Counted from the whole stretch's first letter, positions 1 through 14,563 are shown. The stretch is 63,616 bases of DNA, filler included, from Octopus bimaculoides (GCF_001194135.2; 6 parts of 5 records of this genome joined end to end with filler, not necessarily neighbours in it); one strand, 5' to 3'. The notes: generated from the letters alone by a model not told the origin. A program made the numbers and translations.

Positions 1-44
1 TATATATATATATATAAATATATATGTATATGTATGTATGTGTG

Positions 45-250
45 TGTATATGTTTGTGTCTGTGTTTGTCCCTCCAACATCACTTGACAACTGATGCTGG
101 TGTGTTTACAACCCTGTAACTTAGCAGTTTGGCAAAAGAAACCAATAGAATAACTACTAGGCTTACAAAGAAAAAGTCCTGGGTCGATTTGCTTGATAAA
201 GATGGTGCTCCAGCACGGCTGTAGTCAAATTACTGAAACAAGTCAAAAAA
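45..250 (+). mobile_element. SINE family B, 3' half
   Basis: GTTTGTCCCTCCAACATC...GGGTCGATTTGC...CTGAAACAAGT. Confidence 0.75.
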
Positions 251-256
251 AAAATA

Positions 257-298
<42 letters not shown>

Positions 299-1656
299 GA
301 CAATACATGCATATACTTATGCACGAATACACACTATGAATGCCTGTTTGGGGTTTGTATGTTTGTTCAGGGAGAGAGGTTGTTTTTCTACAATACAGAT
401 GTATCAAAGTTTTATTTCATGGAACTGAAACAAAAGACTTGCCAATGAAACAAATGCTTCAGGGAAGAAAGCTAAGAATATTCAATGGAAGGGGAATAAC
501 TATACTATCTTAATGTTGACAGAGAAGCCTAAGAGAGAAAGAAGCTTTTGCACTGTTAATGTAAGTATTCTGTATACAAATCACTATGTGAATTTGAGAT
601 AAATTAGTATATATATGCTAGCAGTAACCAAAAACTAAGATTAAATTATATTAAACACACACACACATGTATATGTATAGATATATTTATACACATATAT
701 ACATTATGTAATTATATATATATATCTATACATACAAACAAAAACAAAACCAGAGATAAAGGAGATCTTTAGATCCAGAGAATAAATGTTACCAATGTAA
801 TTACTTTTCTGTGTAATACTTGTATGTGTAATACTTGTATGTGTAATGCTTGTGTGTGTGTGTGTGTGTATGCATATGCGTGTAGGTGTGTCTTGTGTGT
901 GATTATGTATGTGTTGTTTGAATGTGCCCATGTATGTGTATGTATACAGATAGATAGATAGATAGATTAGATAGATAGAATATATATATATATATATATA
1001 TGGTTATATGCATATATTTATATATTATTTATATAAATGTAGGTATGTACATATATGTATGGATATATGCACATGTTTATATACTATTTACATTATATAT
1101 ATNNNNNNNNNNNNNNNNNNNNNNNNNNNNNNNNNNNNNNNNNNNNNNNNNNNNNNNNNNNNNNNNNNNNNNNNNNNNNNNNNNNNNNNNNNNNNNNNNN
1201 NNNNNNNNNNNNNNNNNNNNNNNNNNNNNNNNNNNNNNNNNNNNNNNNNNNNNNNNNNNNNNNNNNNNNNNNNNNNNNNNNNNNNNNNNNNNNNNNNNNN
1301 NNNNNNNNNNNNNNNNNNNNNNNNNNNNNNNNNNNNNNNNNNNNNNNNNNNNNNNNNNNNNNNNNNNNNNNNNNNNNNNNNNNNNNNNNNNNNNNNNNNN
1401 NNNNNNNNNNNNNNNNNNNNNNNNNNNNNNNNNNNNNNNNNNNNNNNNNNNNNNNNNNNNNNNNNNNNNNNNNNNNNNNNNNNNNNNNNNNNNNNNNNNN
1501 NNNNNNNNNNNNNNNNNNNNNNNNNNNNNNNNNNNNNNNNNNNNNNNNNNNNNNNNNNNNNNNNNNNNNNNNNNNNNNNNNNNNNNNNNNNNNNNNNNNN
1601 NNNNNNNNNNNNNNNNNNNNNNNNNNNNNNNNNNNNNGATAGATAGGTATATATAC

Positions 1657-1707
<51 letters not shown>

Positions 1708-1940
1708 TAGATATATATACACAGATAAATGTATGCATATACATATGTAAGTGTATATCTATGTGTGTGTGTGTGTAATATCTATTAAATATACAATAGA
1801 ACGCTGAAATTAATAACTTGCCCTTTAACAATAAATTTGTGTACAATGCACACAATACATATATACACATTTCACATATTTACACTACAACAGATAAAGA
1901 GCACTGTTTACTTTGATTGTAATAATTCTTACAAATATAA

Positions 1941-1992
<52 letters not shown>

Positions 1993-2070
1993 GGGGGAGG
2001 AGGAGGAGGCGGAGGTCAATGACTACTTCTATGATGACAATAAAGACAACAATGCTGATGATGGGAACAG

Positions 2071-2109
<39 letters not shown>

Positions 2110-2330
2110 CGACGATGAAGATGATGATGATGAAGATGATGATGATGATGTCAGTGATGAGGATGATTATGATAATATCAACCGCAATGAAACTGATGAT
2201 GACTATAATGATGAAAACAACGATGATGATGAGGAGGATGATTATGATGATAATGTCAACTGCAATGAAGATGATGATGGTGATGATGATGATAATGACA
2301 ACAATGACAGTGATGGTGGTGGTCTTGATT
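1941..2330. repeat. (GAT)n microsatellite and degenerate GAT-rich tract
   Basis: Direct reading; source of the poly-Met/poly-Ile ORFs. Confidence 0.9.
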
Positions 2331-2349
2331 AATATGAATATTAATGTTT

Positions 2350-2402
<53 letters not shown>

Positions 2403-2826
2403 ATAGAGAGAGAGAGGAGAAAAAGAGAGAGAAAGGGAAAGAGAGAGAGAAAGGGAAAGAGAGAGAGAGAAAGGGAAAGAGAGAGAGAGATATAGGTGGA
2501 TAGAGTGAGAGTCTTACAGACAGACAGACTGACAGTAGGATGGACAGATGGAGGGACAAACGGACGGACAGACAAACAGACAGACAGATAGATAGACATA
2601 TAGATAAATAGGTAGGTAGTCATTCACACACATATGTGTCCGTATGTATATGATGTGTATGCATGTGTGTGGTGTGTATTATGTATGCGCAATGTACCTA
2701 ACCATCGTTGGTTATTGAGTAACTAGTTTGAGTGTTTTTGTGTGTGTGCATGTGCCTGTGTATGCGTATGTGTTATGCTATGAGTATAAACAAAACATAC
2801 ACACATACAAAAAAAAATGCACGCAC

Positions 2827-2865
<39 letters not shown>

Positions 2866-4461
2866 GACACATACAGACACATACACACCCATAACAGACA
2901 AAAAGAAAGTGAGATGTAGAGTGATTGACTCTACTTTTATACAGCAGCATTCTGAATTTCTGAACAGGATGGAATTGTTCCTTTTATTCATTGGTGTTAT
3001 GGAGAAAGGTAATGCATCTCATTTAATAAAACTCAACAGTTATCTGCTAATGTGACACTATATGCATGTGATAGATTATAAGTGTGTAGGTGTGTGTGTG
3101 TGTGTGTGTGTACACATATACATATGTATCATTATAGGTAATATACCTGGTAAAAGATACCCATATTATCGAATGTGTCCACACACACATGCAGCATTCA
3201 CACACATAGATATATATGATAATGTGTGTGCATGCCTGTGTGTGAGTGTGTCAGGGTGTGTGTATATACATATATATNNNNNNNNNNNNNNNNNNNNNNN
3301 NNNNNNNNNNNNNNNNNNNNNNNNNNNNNNNNNNNNNNNNNNNNNNNNNNNNNNNNNNNNNNNNNNNNNNNNNNNNNNNNNNNNNNNNNNNNNNNNNNNN
3401 NNNNNNNNNNNNNNNNNNNNNNNNNNNNNNNNNNNNNNNNNNNNNNNNNNNNNNNNNNNNNNNNNNNNNNNNNNNNNNNNNNNNNNNNNNNNNNNNNNNN
3501 NNNNNNNNNNNNNNNNNNNNNNNNNNNNNNNNNNNNNNNNNNNNNNTGTATATATATATATATATATATATATATCATATACATATAGATACATATGCAT
3601 ACACACACATGCACACACACGCACACGCACACATACACACACACATCCACACACACACACAAACATCCACACACACACATCTTGGACATATACAAATATA
3701 TGTACGTGTACATGTATTACATGATATAAAATCTATTTTATTGTAGAATTTTCTTTTTATCATGACAAACTGCATTCATGCTTGGAAAATTTATTTCTAA
3801 ACTAACAGTAATAATGCATTGTTACCATTAATTTAGAAATGAAGGTTCCCAGTTCAAATGAGGTTGGTACTATACACACATCCTGGAATAAGAATCTAGA
3901 TTACAATATGAGTTATAACTATCAAATCATAGCTTTGATGTAAATAGGAAAAAAAATTTTCTTTTCTCCTGATCAATTAAATACTCAAAAGAATTATGAT
4001 TTTATTTGTTCTAAAGTGTTCTTATCATTTTACACTCTTTTTATGTATATATATATATATATATACTATGTAGAAATGGTTTTATATAGCTAGATGCATT
4101 TCCCACTGTGTACCATAAATTTAGACAAGACAAGAGAAGCAAGCAAAATTTTTTCTTCCTATCAAAGTTTATTCTCCATGAGAATAAAATAAGCATCAAC
4201 AAAATATTGGGCTTAATTAAATTGATTAATAAGTTTTTGGCCTGATATAAAGCATATATGTATATAAAATTAATATAGACATATACTATATTTGTAGGTT
4301 AAGCAGGGCTACCATTGGTTTCATGTTAAGAAAGATATCTCTTAACAGTTATGAAACCTGTCACATGAGATGTTGATATTCATCTATATCTTCGATGAAA
4401 ACATCCACCAATGCAGTGTCGAGCAGTCATTTTCACTCTTCAATATTAATGTATATGTACA

Positions 4462-4513
<52 letters not shown>

Positions 4514-4817
4514 CACACACACACATATATATACACACACACACATATATATATATACACACACACACATATATATATACACACACACATATATATCCAG
4601 TATATGTGATTGAAGTAGTATTAAATAGTCATCTATGCATCATACTTAATGTATATAAACAGTTAATCAGCTAGTTACTATGTATTATGATATTCATCCT
4701 GAGATAACATTATAACATCTCTTATAGGTGTACTATGTTAAATATCAGAGGGAGATAAAAAAGAAAACACCTCTTTTTTATCCCCCTCCATGTTTTGAAT
4801 ATTTTCTTTACATAGAT

Positions 4818-4890
<73 letters not shown>

Positions 4891-5016
4891 TCTCCATTTA
4901 TGTGTTTGTGTGTGTCTGAGTATTAATCAATGAAATTCCAACTTAGTCTGATTTTCACATTTTATTATTTACAATTTTACAATATTGAAATAAACTAGTA
5001 TTTTTATGCATTATGC

Positions 5017-5062
<46 letters not shown>

Positions 5063-5391
5063 TACACACAAATGCATGTGCACACACACACACACAGATA
5101 CAGATACACGCACATACACACGCAATCACAAATACACATACACACATATATCTGGCTTCCGCACAGTTTCCATTATTAAATTTCACACACAAAGCATAGT
5201 AAACCCTAGACTATTGTATACTAAACTTCCCGAAGAGTTACACAATGGGATCCAACTCTGAGTCATGTATCTAAACAAAGTCAGTATCTAAACCCATGCA
5301 TTCATCCATTTATATGCATGGAGGTTTATTTAATCTCAGTACAAATCTCAATTTTGAAGTTGTAATTTAAAATTAATGTCTAGACAAAATC

Positions 5392-5581
5392 ATTAGCATA
5401 CTGGGCAAAATAATAACATTTTGTCTGACTTTACATTCTGAGTTCATATTCTGCCAAGGTCAATTTTGCCTTTTGTCCTTTTAGGGTCAATAAAATAAGT
5501 ACCAGTTGATTACTATGGTTAATGTAATTGACTTACCCACTTCCCTAAAATTGCTGGTCTTGTGCCAAATTTGAAATCAAT
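5392..5581 (+). mobile_element. SINE family A, diverged
   Basis: TTCTGAGTTCATATTC...GGGTCAATAAAATAAGTACCAG...GGTCTTGTGCCAAATTTGAAA. Confidence 0.7.
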
Positions 5582-6014
5582 TTGAAATTATTGATTTATT
5601 AAATATGTGGGAGGTACAGATGATTCTTTTTGACACACTATTTCGCTGTATTTTTGTTTTGTCGATGCCCCCCAGGCGAAGAAGTAGGATCTCCCAAGAC
5701 ATATAAATAGAGGTAATCTGGCCGTGGTAGGAGTGTTGAGTAGCAGTTGAGTAGCAGTTGTGTAATGATCATCCGAAGGTGCTAGATAGCAGTTGCTTGA
5801 GACATAACAATTTTATTGATCCAAGAATAATAAAAGATATCATTGACCTTGGTGAGAATTGAACTCAGAATGCAAAGAGGTATAATTAAATACTACAATA
5901 TATTTTTTTCCCAATACTCTGCCAATACTGCCAATTCCTGTCAATGCTATCTGGCAGGAGTTGAGTAGTCTGAGGACTGTGGTGAGCTGAGCCTGCTTTA
6001 GCAGATCTTAGGTC

Positions 6015-6200
6015 AAACATCCTTACCAAATGATTAGAGTGTTTGACCCATGAGCACAAAGTTTTGGATTCAATTCCTGGACTGGGCAGTGTGTTATGTC
6101 TGTGACAAAAAGCTCTATTTTTCATGTTACTCCAGGCTACCTAAATGTAAGTGAGTACCAGCCAGATGCTGGTGCAGCTCTCTCTTTCTTTCTTCTGCTG
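6015..6200 (+). mobile_element. Old tRNA-headed SINE
   Basis: B-box-like GGATTCAATTCC followed by ...AATGTAAGTGAGTACCAG. Confidence 0.4.
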
Positions 6201-6457
6201 TCACTTCCTGGTTGCGCTGATCGTTCGGCATTCATGGAGCATAGAGGGTATCTATGCCTGCTTGTGACTATATGGGTGCCTAAAATCAATTAGCAAAAGC
6301 ATGGTACATTGTTGCAAAGCTACACTTGTTTGGCAATGATAGCTGGCCGTTTATACTATTTCAGAGAATGTAACAGATATGTGAGGCCTGCAGGGAGTTC
6401 AGAATCCTGACTGACCAGTACAGGATCACAAGCTCTCTAAGTTTTGTACATGTATGT

Positions 6458-6498
<41 letters not shown>

Positions 6499-6699
6499 CA
6501 GATGTTCTGCAACCAGTGAACAAAAGAAATAAATATTCACAGAAAAGATTTCTTTAAAATATTTTAAATGAGCCTTCTTTAAAATAATGTCTGTGCAGAA
6601 AAGAAGGGCTTTGTCAAGATCAGTTATCAAGACCTGTTGTCAGGTCCTAATTTCACATGCTAATATAGTTTTATTAACCTTTCATCCCCTGGCACAAAG

Positions 6700-6936
6700 C
6701 CACTGCCCTCAGTACTACTCCCCAGCAAGTTACTTGGTGACCTCACAAGCACTGGTGCCACATAAAAAGCATCCAATACACTCTGTAAAGTGGTTAGTAT
6801 TAAGAAGGAGATCCAGCTGAAGAAACCATACCAAAGCAGACAGAACTTGGCACAGTTTTCTGACTTGCCAGCTCCTGTCAAACCATCCAATCCATGCCAG
6901 CATGGAAAACAGATGTTAAATGATAATGATGACGAA
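6700..6936 (+). mobile_element. SINE family C, diverged
   Basis: Homologous to 10440-10692, with a short GAT tail. Confidence 0.65.
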
Positions 6937-9014
6937 AGACAGGGTGCGGCAAAATTAATTTGGAACAATTTTAAGCTTACATTTGCACAAGTATTCAGTG
7001 CAAACATAATTTTGTCATAGGAAAAAAGTTTGCACAACATTAAATTTTTGCACACACTGATTACTAAAGATTAAAGCAAACATTGGTATCAACCAAAAAT
7101 AATTTTCACAGCAAGACTTAAATGTGTTTACATTCAGTTAATAAAGCATTCTTACACTAGTAACAAAAATAACACAACTAAAATATTGAATTAAACAAGA
7201 TTCTTTCTAGTAACACAGCTCCAACAAGTTCACAGGATGTATGCTACACTCTTTTGTACTAAAAACAAGAAAACTGCCCATCTTTGTTCTGCCATTTAAG
7301 ATGTGTATTTATTCACTTACCACCTATTTGTATGCATTGTTTTTCTGTCATACACAAATGTATACAAACATCAAGCCATTGAAGGAGTCTCTATCTAGTT
7401 GCTTGGATTGCTAGAAAGAGTAGCCAAATTTCCTTCATATCACATCCGTCCACCATCTTAAACAAAGAAGAGCACAGAATACAGATGAGGATCTGTTGGA
7501 AGTTCAGCTCTAGTTAGTAGTGACATTCAACTTGGCTGCAGTGGAATTATCAAGATACCAATAGCAAAGTGAAATGATGATTGGTATTATCAAACTGTTG
7601 CAGCCATTATCTACAATCACTTGTCATAAAGAATATGAAACACACTCCAGTCTGTTTCACCATATATTTTACTTCACTATAACTTTGCATTTGTGTAGAG
7701 TTACAGCGAAATAGGTTATTAGCCTTTATCTAAACTGTTTTGTACTTCAGTGTATCAAAGGAATAGGTAAATTAACATTTTTTCACAGGCTGACTATAAA
7801 GAGTATCCTGCACAGTACATGAAAATATCAAAATTCTTTCGATCATTTCCTCATTTTGTTTTCTGGTCTTCATAAAATAAGAAATAGTTTCTGCTTTATT
7901 CTATGTCTTATAAGAAAGTTCAATCTTAACTTTTTGAACTTTAAAAATTCAACTTATCCAATTATTTCTTTTCTAATTTACTTCTTAGCTTAAGAGAAAT
8001 ATAAATCTTTTTTTTACACATGATAAATGTTTCAAAAACACATTCCAACATATGCTAGCATGGCACTTGGAAGTTGATGATGATGATGATGATGATGATG
8101 ATGACGACGACGATGATGACAGAGACAACAATGGCTTATATTATTATTCTGTTACTCAATCTAGCCAGTGGATAAGGAATAAATTTTTCATACTCCTCTA
8201 CATTTATAAGTTTATCAGTCAAAAAATTAAAATCGGTTGTCGATTTATTATTTTGACAAAACATAAAGCCATGTTTTTGATCCAGAATATAAAGGGGTTG
8301 AAATCGATCTCAATTTATTCTGAGTATGTATTTTATAGGCCCCAGAAGGATGGAAAACAATGATGACTCCCACACATTTGAACCCAGAATGAAGATGTCT
8401 CACCCTAAATTCTGTAAGTTAAATAATCCAGAGCACAGTAACTCAATATTGATTTAGTGTGTTTATCAGTGCTGATAGGAGATGGTCATATCTGGAGTGC
8501 AGCATTTTAACACTCCTCTTAATCTTGTCATTTATGAAGCTCAACATTCTGATATCAAATCTTTCTGTCATTTTTCCCCCAACATGTTCGTTCAATTTCC
8601 TCCTCTACAAGTACCTTATTCATAGTTCACAGTAATTTTCACTCAGAAAATTACCAGCTGCTACAAAATAGCCATACCAGTGAACTCACTTTCCCTTCAT
8701 GCATCAGCTGTCATGATCTAAAGTCTAACTATTCTCTCAGCCATTTTAATCCCTTAATTTTAATGAAAGCAGACAATTCCCATCCAACAGTTAAACTTCA
8801 ATTCATTTCTCCTCAGGTTCTGCAGTTCAATAATATACTTTCTCATTCAAAGACCATTTCTAACTAAGGCATTAACCCTTTTATTACCATAATTCTGTTG
8901 AAAAAAGCTGTTTTTGTTCTTATTAATTTTGAAAATGACAAAGAATTCAGTAAAATAATGTTGTCGTTATTAAACTGGTGTTTACAACATAAATTAACAT
9001 GAAATTTTGATAAG

Positions 9015-9697
9015 CACAGAAGTGGCTGTGCGGTAAGTAGCTTTCTTACCAACACATGATTCCGGGTTCATTCCCACTGCATGGCACCTTGGGCAAGTGT
9101 CTTCTACGATAGCCTCGGGCCAACTAAAGCCTTGTGAGTGGATTTGGTAGACGGAAATTGAAAGAAGCCCGTCGTATATATGTATATATATATATATATA
9201 TATNNNNNNNNNNNNNNNNNNNNNNNNNNNNNNNNNNNNNNNNNNNNNNNNNNNNNNNNNNNNNNNNNNNNNNNNNNNNNNNNNNNNNNNNNNNNNNNNN
9301 NNNNNNNNNNNNNNNNNNNNNNNNNNNNNNNNNNNNNNNNNNNNNNNNNNNNNNNNNNNNNNNNNNNNNNNNNNNNNNNNNNNNNNNNNNNNNNNNNNNN
9401 NNNNNNNNNNNNNNNNNNNNNNNNNNNNNNNNNNNNNNNNNNNNNNNNNNNNNNNNNNNNNNNNNNNNNNNNNNNNNNNNNTGTGTGTGTGTGTGTGTGT
9501 GTGTCTGTTTGTCCCCCCAACATTGTTTGACAACCAATGGTGGTGTGTTTGCATAATTTAGCGGTTCGGCAAAAGAGACCAATAGAATAAGTACTAGGCT
9601 TACAAAGAATAAGTCCTGGGGTCGATTTACTCGACTAAAGGCGGTGCTCCAGCATGGCCTCAGTCAAATGACTGAAACAAGTAAAAGAGTAAAAGAG
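9015..9697 (+). mobile_element. tRNA-derived SINE family B, full length, internal microsatellite collapsed to a gap
   Basis: A box TGGCTGTGCGGTAAG, B box GGGTTCATTCCC, CORE-like CCTTGGGCAAGTG, internal (TA)/(TG)n, tail (GTAAAAGA)n. Confidence 0.85.
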
Positions 9698-9844
9698 AGC
9701 GAGTAAAGAGGTTTTAACTAAGGTTACTTTAAAACAGGAAGCTTGTGCCATATGACGAAGGAAAGTCTCAATGGAGTTGATATCTGCAGGGTTAAGCCAG
9801 GAATTTATAAGAGAACAATATTGTGTAACATTTATTTTCTTGTC

Positions 9845-10061
9845 ATTTACCTCTTTTCTTGTTTCAGTCGTTAGACTGTGGCCATGCTGGAGCACTGCCA
9901 TGAAGAATTTTTAGTTCAATGTATCGACCCCAATACTTATTTTTTAAAGCCTGGTACTTATTGCTGAACTGCTAAGTTACAGGGATGTAAACATGTCAGC
10001 TTCAGTTGTCGAGCAGTGGTGGTAGGGGACAACACAAGCACAAACGCACGCACGCACGCAC

Positions 10062-10112
<51 letters not shown>

Positions 10113-10264
10113 TACAATGACTCTCTTTCAGTTTCCCCTCTACTAAATCTACTCACAAAGCTTTGGTCGGCTATAGTAGAAGACACTTTCCCAAGGTGCC
10201 ACACAGTGGGTCTGATCCCTGATTCATGAGGTTGGGAAGCAAATTTCTTATGTCACAGCCACTG
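9845..10264 (-). mobile_element. SINE family B
   Basis: Reverse complement of family B with an internal (CA)n tract. Confidence 0.8.
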
Positions 10265-10439
10265 TTAGAAGATAATTGTGAAAATATGAGCTGGTTGCAA
10301 CTAGAAATCAAAACTGTCTCATGTGCCTTACTCACAAGGTAATTATTTTGGGTTCTATAATGTCTACAACAAAAGTTCCTGCATTCAAGCATGGCCATAG
10401 CCCCATAGGCTAGAATGAGTAGACAAGTAAACTATTTTA

Positions 10440-10692
10440 AAAGAGTGCCCTTGCCAGTACCGCCTGACTGGCCTTCGTGCGGGTGACACGTAAAAGCACC
10501 CACTACACTCTCGGAGTGGTTGGCGTTAGGAAGGGCATCCAGCTGTAGAAACTCTGCCAAATCAGATTGGATCCTGGTGTAGCCACTGGGTCCACCAGTC
10601 CTCAGTCAAATCGTCCAACCCATGCTAGCATGGAAAGTGGACGTTAAACGATGATGATGATGATGATTATGATGATGATGATGATGATGATG
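10440..10692 (+). mobile_element. SINE family C with (GAT)n tail
   Basis: GGCGTTAGGAAGGGCATCCAGCTGTAGAAAC...CATGCTAGCATGGAAAG.GGACGTTAAAC(GAT)n. Confidence 0.8.
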
Positions 10693-11732
10693 AAAGAAAA
10701 GAAATTAATCTAATGTTCTCATTTTCAGAGGTAAGATATCAATCAACCTCAGTAAACATAGCCAGATGATCAAAGTAAAGTCGTATCATGTAGAATTATA
10801 TACACTGCCTTTATATGCAACAAAGTCTTGTAGTGGTTTTGAGTTCATGACATATTTGATGGTCCAATATTTTATCTTTCAATGATTTTGCTTTTGGTTC
10901 ATACATATATAAATAAATTTATATCTACATATATGATAATATATATATATATGTGTATGTATATATATATATATATNNNNNNNNNNNNNNNNNNNNNNNN
11001 NNNNNNNNNNNNNNNNNNNNNNNNNNNNNNNNNNNNNNNNNNNNNNNNNNNNNNNNNNNNNNNNNNNNNNNNNNNNNNNNNNNNNNNNNNNNNNNNNNNN
11101 NNNNNNNNNNNNNNNNNNNNNNNNNNNNNNNNNNNNNNNNNNNNNNNNNNNNNNNNNNNNNNNNNNNNNNNNNNNNNNNNNNNNNNNNNNNNNNNNNNNN
11201 NNNNNNNNNNNNNNNNNNNNNNNNNNNNNNNNNNNNNNNNNNNNNNNNNNNNNNNNNNNNNNNNNNNNNNNNNNNNNNNNNNNNNNNNNNNNNNNNNNNN
11301 NNNNNNNNNNNNNNNNNNNNNNNNNNNNNNNNNNNNNNNNNNNNNNNNNNNNNNNNNNNNNNNNNNNNNNNNNNNNNNNNNNNNNNNNNNNNNNNNNNNN
11401 NNNNNNNNNNNNNNNNNNNNNNNNNNNNNNNNNNNNNNNNNNNNNNNNNNNNNNNNNNNNNNNNNNNNNNNNNNNNNNNNNNNNNNNNNNNNNNNNNNNN
11501 NNNNNNNNNNNNNNNNNNNNNNNNNNNNNNNNNNNNNNNNNNNNNNNNNNNNNNNNNNNNNNNNNNNNNNNNNNNNNNNNNNNNNNNNNNNNNNNNNNNN
11601 NNNNNNNNNNNNNNNNNNNNNNNNNGGATGTTACTGTTGCTTTTACTAGGGGTCAGCCACACTTAAGTGGCAATATACTACACTTTATCGTGCAGTTACT
11701 GTTAATACTTCATTTAGAGAATTAACATTGCT

Positions 11733-11764
<32 letters not shown>

Positions 11765-11927
11765 TATATATGCATGTATGCAAATAAGTATGCATATATA
11801 TATGTATGTTCATACGAATGCAACAATATGCGCATATGCATGTGTGTATGTATATATGTATATATGTGTGTGTATATATGTGTGTGCATTTGTGTGTGTG
11901 TGTATACACACACACATATACATATAT

Positions 11928-11968
<41 letters not shown>

Positions 11969-12092
11969 TGTATATATTTACTTATGTATATATTCATACA
12001 TATATGTATATGCTTACACACACACACACACACATATATATNNNNNNNNNNNNNNNNNNNNNNNNNNNNNNNNNNNNNNNNNNNNNNNNNNN

Positions 12093-12137
<45 letters not shown>

Positions 12138-13074
12138 TATACATACATACATATACGTATATATTTACATATATATATAATATAAATACATGCATATATT
12201 TATGTATTTACTTATCTATATATATACATACATATATGTATATGCTTACATATATACATATATATACATATATGCATATATGTTTATATTTACATATATA
12301 TATACACACACACATATATTCATACATATATATATACACACACACATACACACACACACATACATATATATATACACGCATAAGTATGAATGTGTGCACT
12401 TATAAGTATTTATGAATATGTATAACACTATGAATATATGTGTGTGTATATAAATGTATTTTATGAAGTTTTTGTTTAGTCATCCTTCACTTTGTTGACA
12501 TTTTGAAGCAAGAAGGTAAAAAAGAAATGAAAGCCTTTTCTGTTAAGAACCAAATTATTGTTTAAGTTCTTCCAATATGACAATAAATATATTATTTGAT
12601 GGATCTTTCACAAATCAAACTAACTTTTTTTTTATTTTTCTTATACATTTTAAACATTTTAAAATGAAATTATAGTCATACCTATAATAAATGAATGACA
12701 ACAACCAAATTCTTCTCATCTTTTTGGCACTGTCAGCAGAATGTTTAGTAAAACTTTTCAGAGAAAGAACTTGAGAAGTGTCTCTAATATACGGATGACA
12801 TTTTCAGATAATTTATCAACACTACAAAGGAGTCAAAAATTAAATAGCAACTTTATACTTTCACTATGAAAAAGAAATGCTAATTATAAATTAGATTAAA
12901 ATCAATTACAGTATTATTTCTAATACAGAAGTCACAGAACTGATATAAATATAACGAGTAACATATAAGCTCTTGAGTACAGAAATGTGTATGAGTGTTT
13001 GGAAGTTAGGAAGTACATCGAATAAAGAATGTACATATACATGTACATTTGCTGTTTTTGTTGTTGTTTTTTGG

Positions 13075-13240
13075 TCAAAACTCAGCTCTGATTGAACAGA
13101 CCTAAGATCAAGAGTTCTAGCTATGACTATCCTGTCTTATTATATTAGTGATTCCATTATAAGATGTCCTTAAATTTTCAAGATGATAGGGTGTGATTTG
13201 AAGTGACGTGAGTGTTATTTCTAGCAATCCATGTGACACA
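13075..13240 (+). repeat. Dispersed repeat family F (also about 28560-28770 + and 7375-7470 -)
   Basis: Shared GCTCTGATTGAA.AGA...GTG.TTTGA.GGAGAT.TGGCTG.TAT..CTAGCA blocks at three loci. Confidence 0.45.
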
Positions 13241-13292
13241 GCTTCGATTTTAATCCCTTTTATATATTATATGTACATGTGTGTGTGTTGTG

Positions 13293-13336
<44 letters not shown>

Positions 13337-13594
13337 ATTAATGAGATGTGGATGGGTAACACTTATGACCCTTTTCGGTTCTCTATGACTGGTGAGAGGA
13401 AGGGAGGAAGATTCTCTCTGTTCTAAGACCTGACATGAATACTTACAACAGAGAGAATTCCCCTAAAACATCATAAAGGCTACATTCTGGCATTATACCA
13501 AGTAATGACTTAAATCTACCATCCAAGGTATTATGGTTAACCATGTTTACATAAAGGAAACCAATATTTTTCTCAGTATTTACTTTTTTATTTT

Positions 13595-14120
13595 TTAATT
13601 GTGACAATCACTGGACTGCAACTATTCTGGGATAAATTGATGCCAAAACTTATTTTTAAGTCTGGTACTTATTCTGTTGGTCTCCTTTGCTGAACTGCTA
13701 AGGTACAAGGATGTAAACAAACCAACATCGGTTGTTAAGTAGTGATAGAGGACAGAAACAAACACCAAAACACGCACACTCACACCCATACACACATTTT
13801 ATATATACATGTATATATGTATATATATATATATATATATNNNNNNNNNNNNNNNNNNNNNNNNNNNNNNNNNNNNNNNNNNNNNNNNNNNNNNNNNNNN
13901 NNNNNNNNNNNNNNNNNNNNNNNNNNNNNNNNNNNNNNNNNNNNNNNNNATATATATGATGGGATGGATTCCACATAGTTTCTATCTACCAAGTTAACTC
14001 ACAAGGTGTCGTTCAGCTTGGGGCTACTGTAGAAAACACTTGTCCAAGGTACCAAGCAGTAGGACTGAACCTGGAACCACATGGTTGTAAAGTAAGCTTC
14101 TTAAACACACAGCCACACCA
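13595..14120 (-). mobile_element. SINE family B
   Basis: Reverse complement of family B with an internal (TA)n tract and gap. Confidence 0.75.
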
Positions 14121-14394
14121 GAGAAGCTTTCTCTTTTTTTTTCTGCTTTGTATCAATATTGCTTTTATATTTAAGATAGGGCACTTAAGACAAATTCTAG
14201 AATGCTAAACAAGAAGCAGTATCTACTTTGATGTCCAATGATCCATTCAGGTCTTGGTAAAATACACTCAGTAAAGTAGCTACTATGATTACCAATTTCA
14301 TCCACCAAGAAAAATTAATATTCTCTCAGTTTATATTTATTTTGTTCTATCATACTCGATCTTGAAAGTATAAATTTTATTATAATGCTGCTAA

Positions 14395-14563
14395 TATTCT
14401 TTTCTACTCAAGGCCCAAAATTTTTGGGGAGAGGGTCAGTTGATTAGATCAACCCCAGTGTGCAACTGGTACTTAATTTATTGACCCAAAAAGATAAAAG
14501 GCAAAGTCAACCTCAGTGGAATTTGAACTCAGAACATAAAGACAGACGAAATACCACTAAGCA
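14395..14563 (-). mobile_element. SINE family A
   Basis: Reverse complement of the family A body and B box. Confidence 0.75.

Noticed and set aside
429-560. 44-codon open frame ending at GTAAGT
   Set aside because: No polypyrimidine acceptor and no recognisable homology.
2945-3008. AG...AAG|GTAATG-bounded open segment (possible small exon)
   Set aside because: No recognisable peptide and no partner exons; such signals are common in AT-rich DNA.
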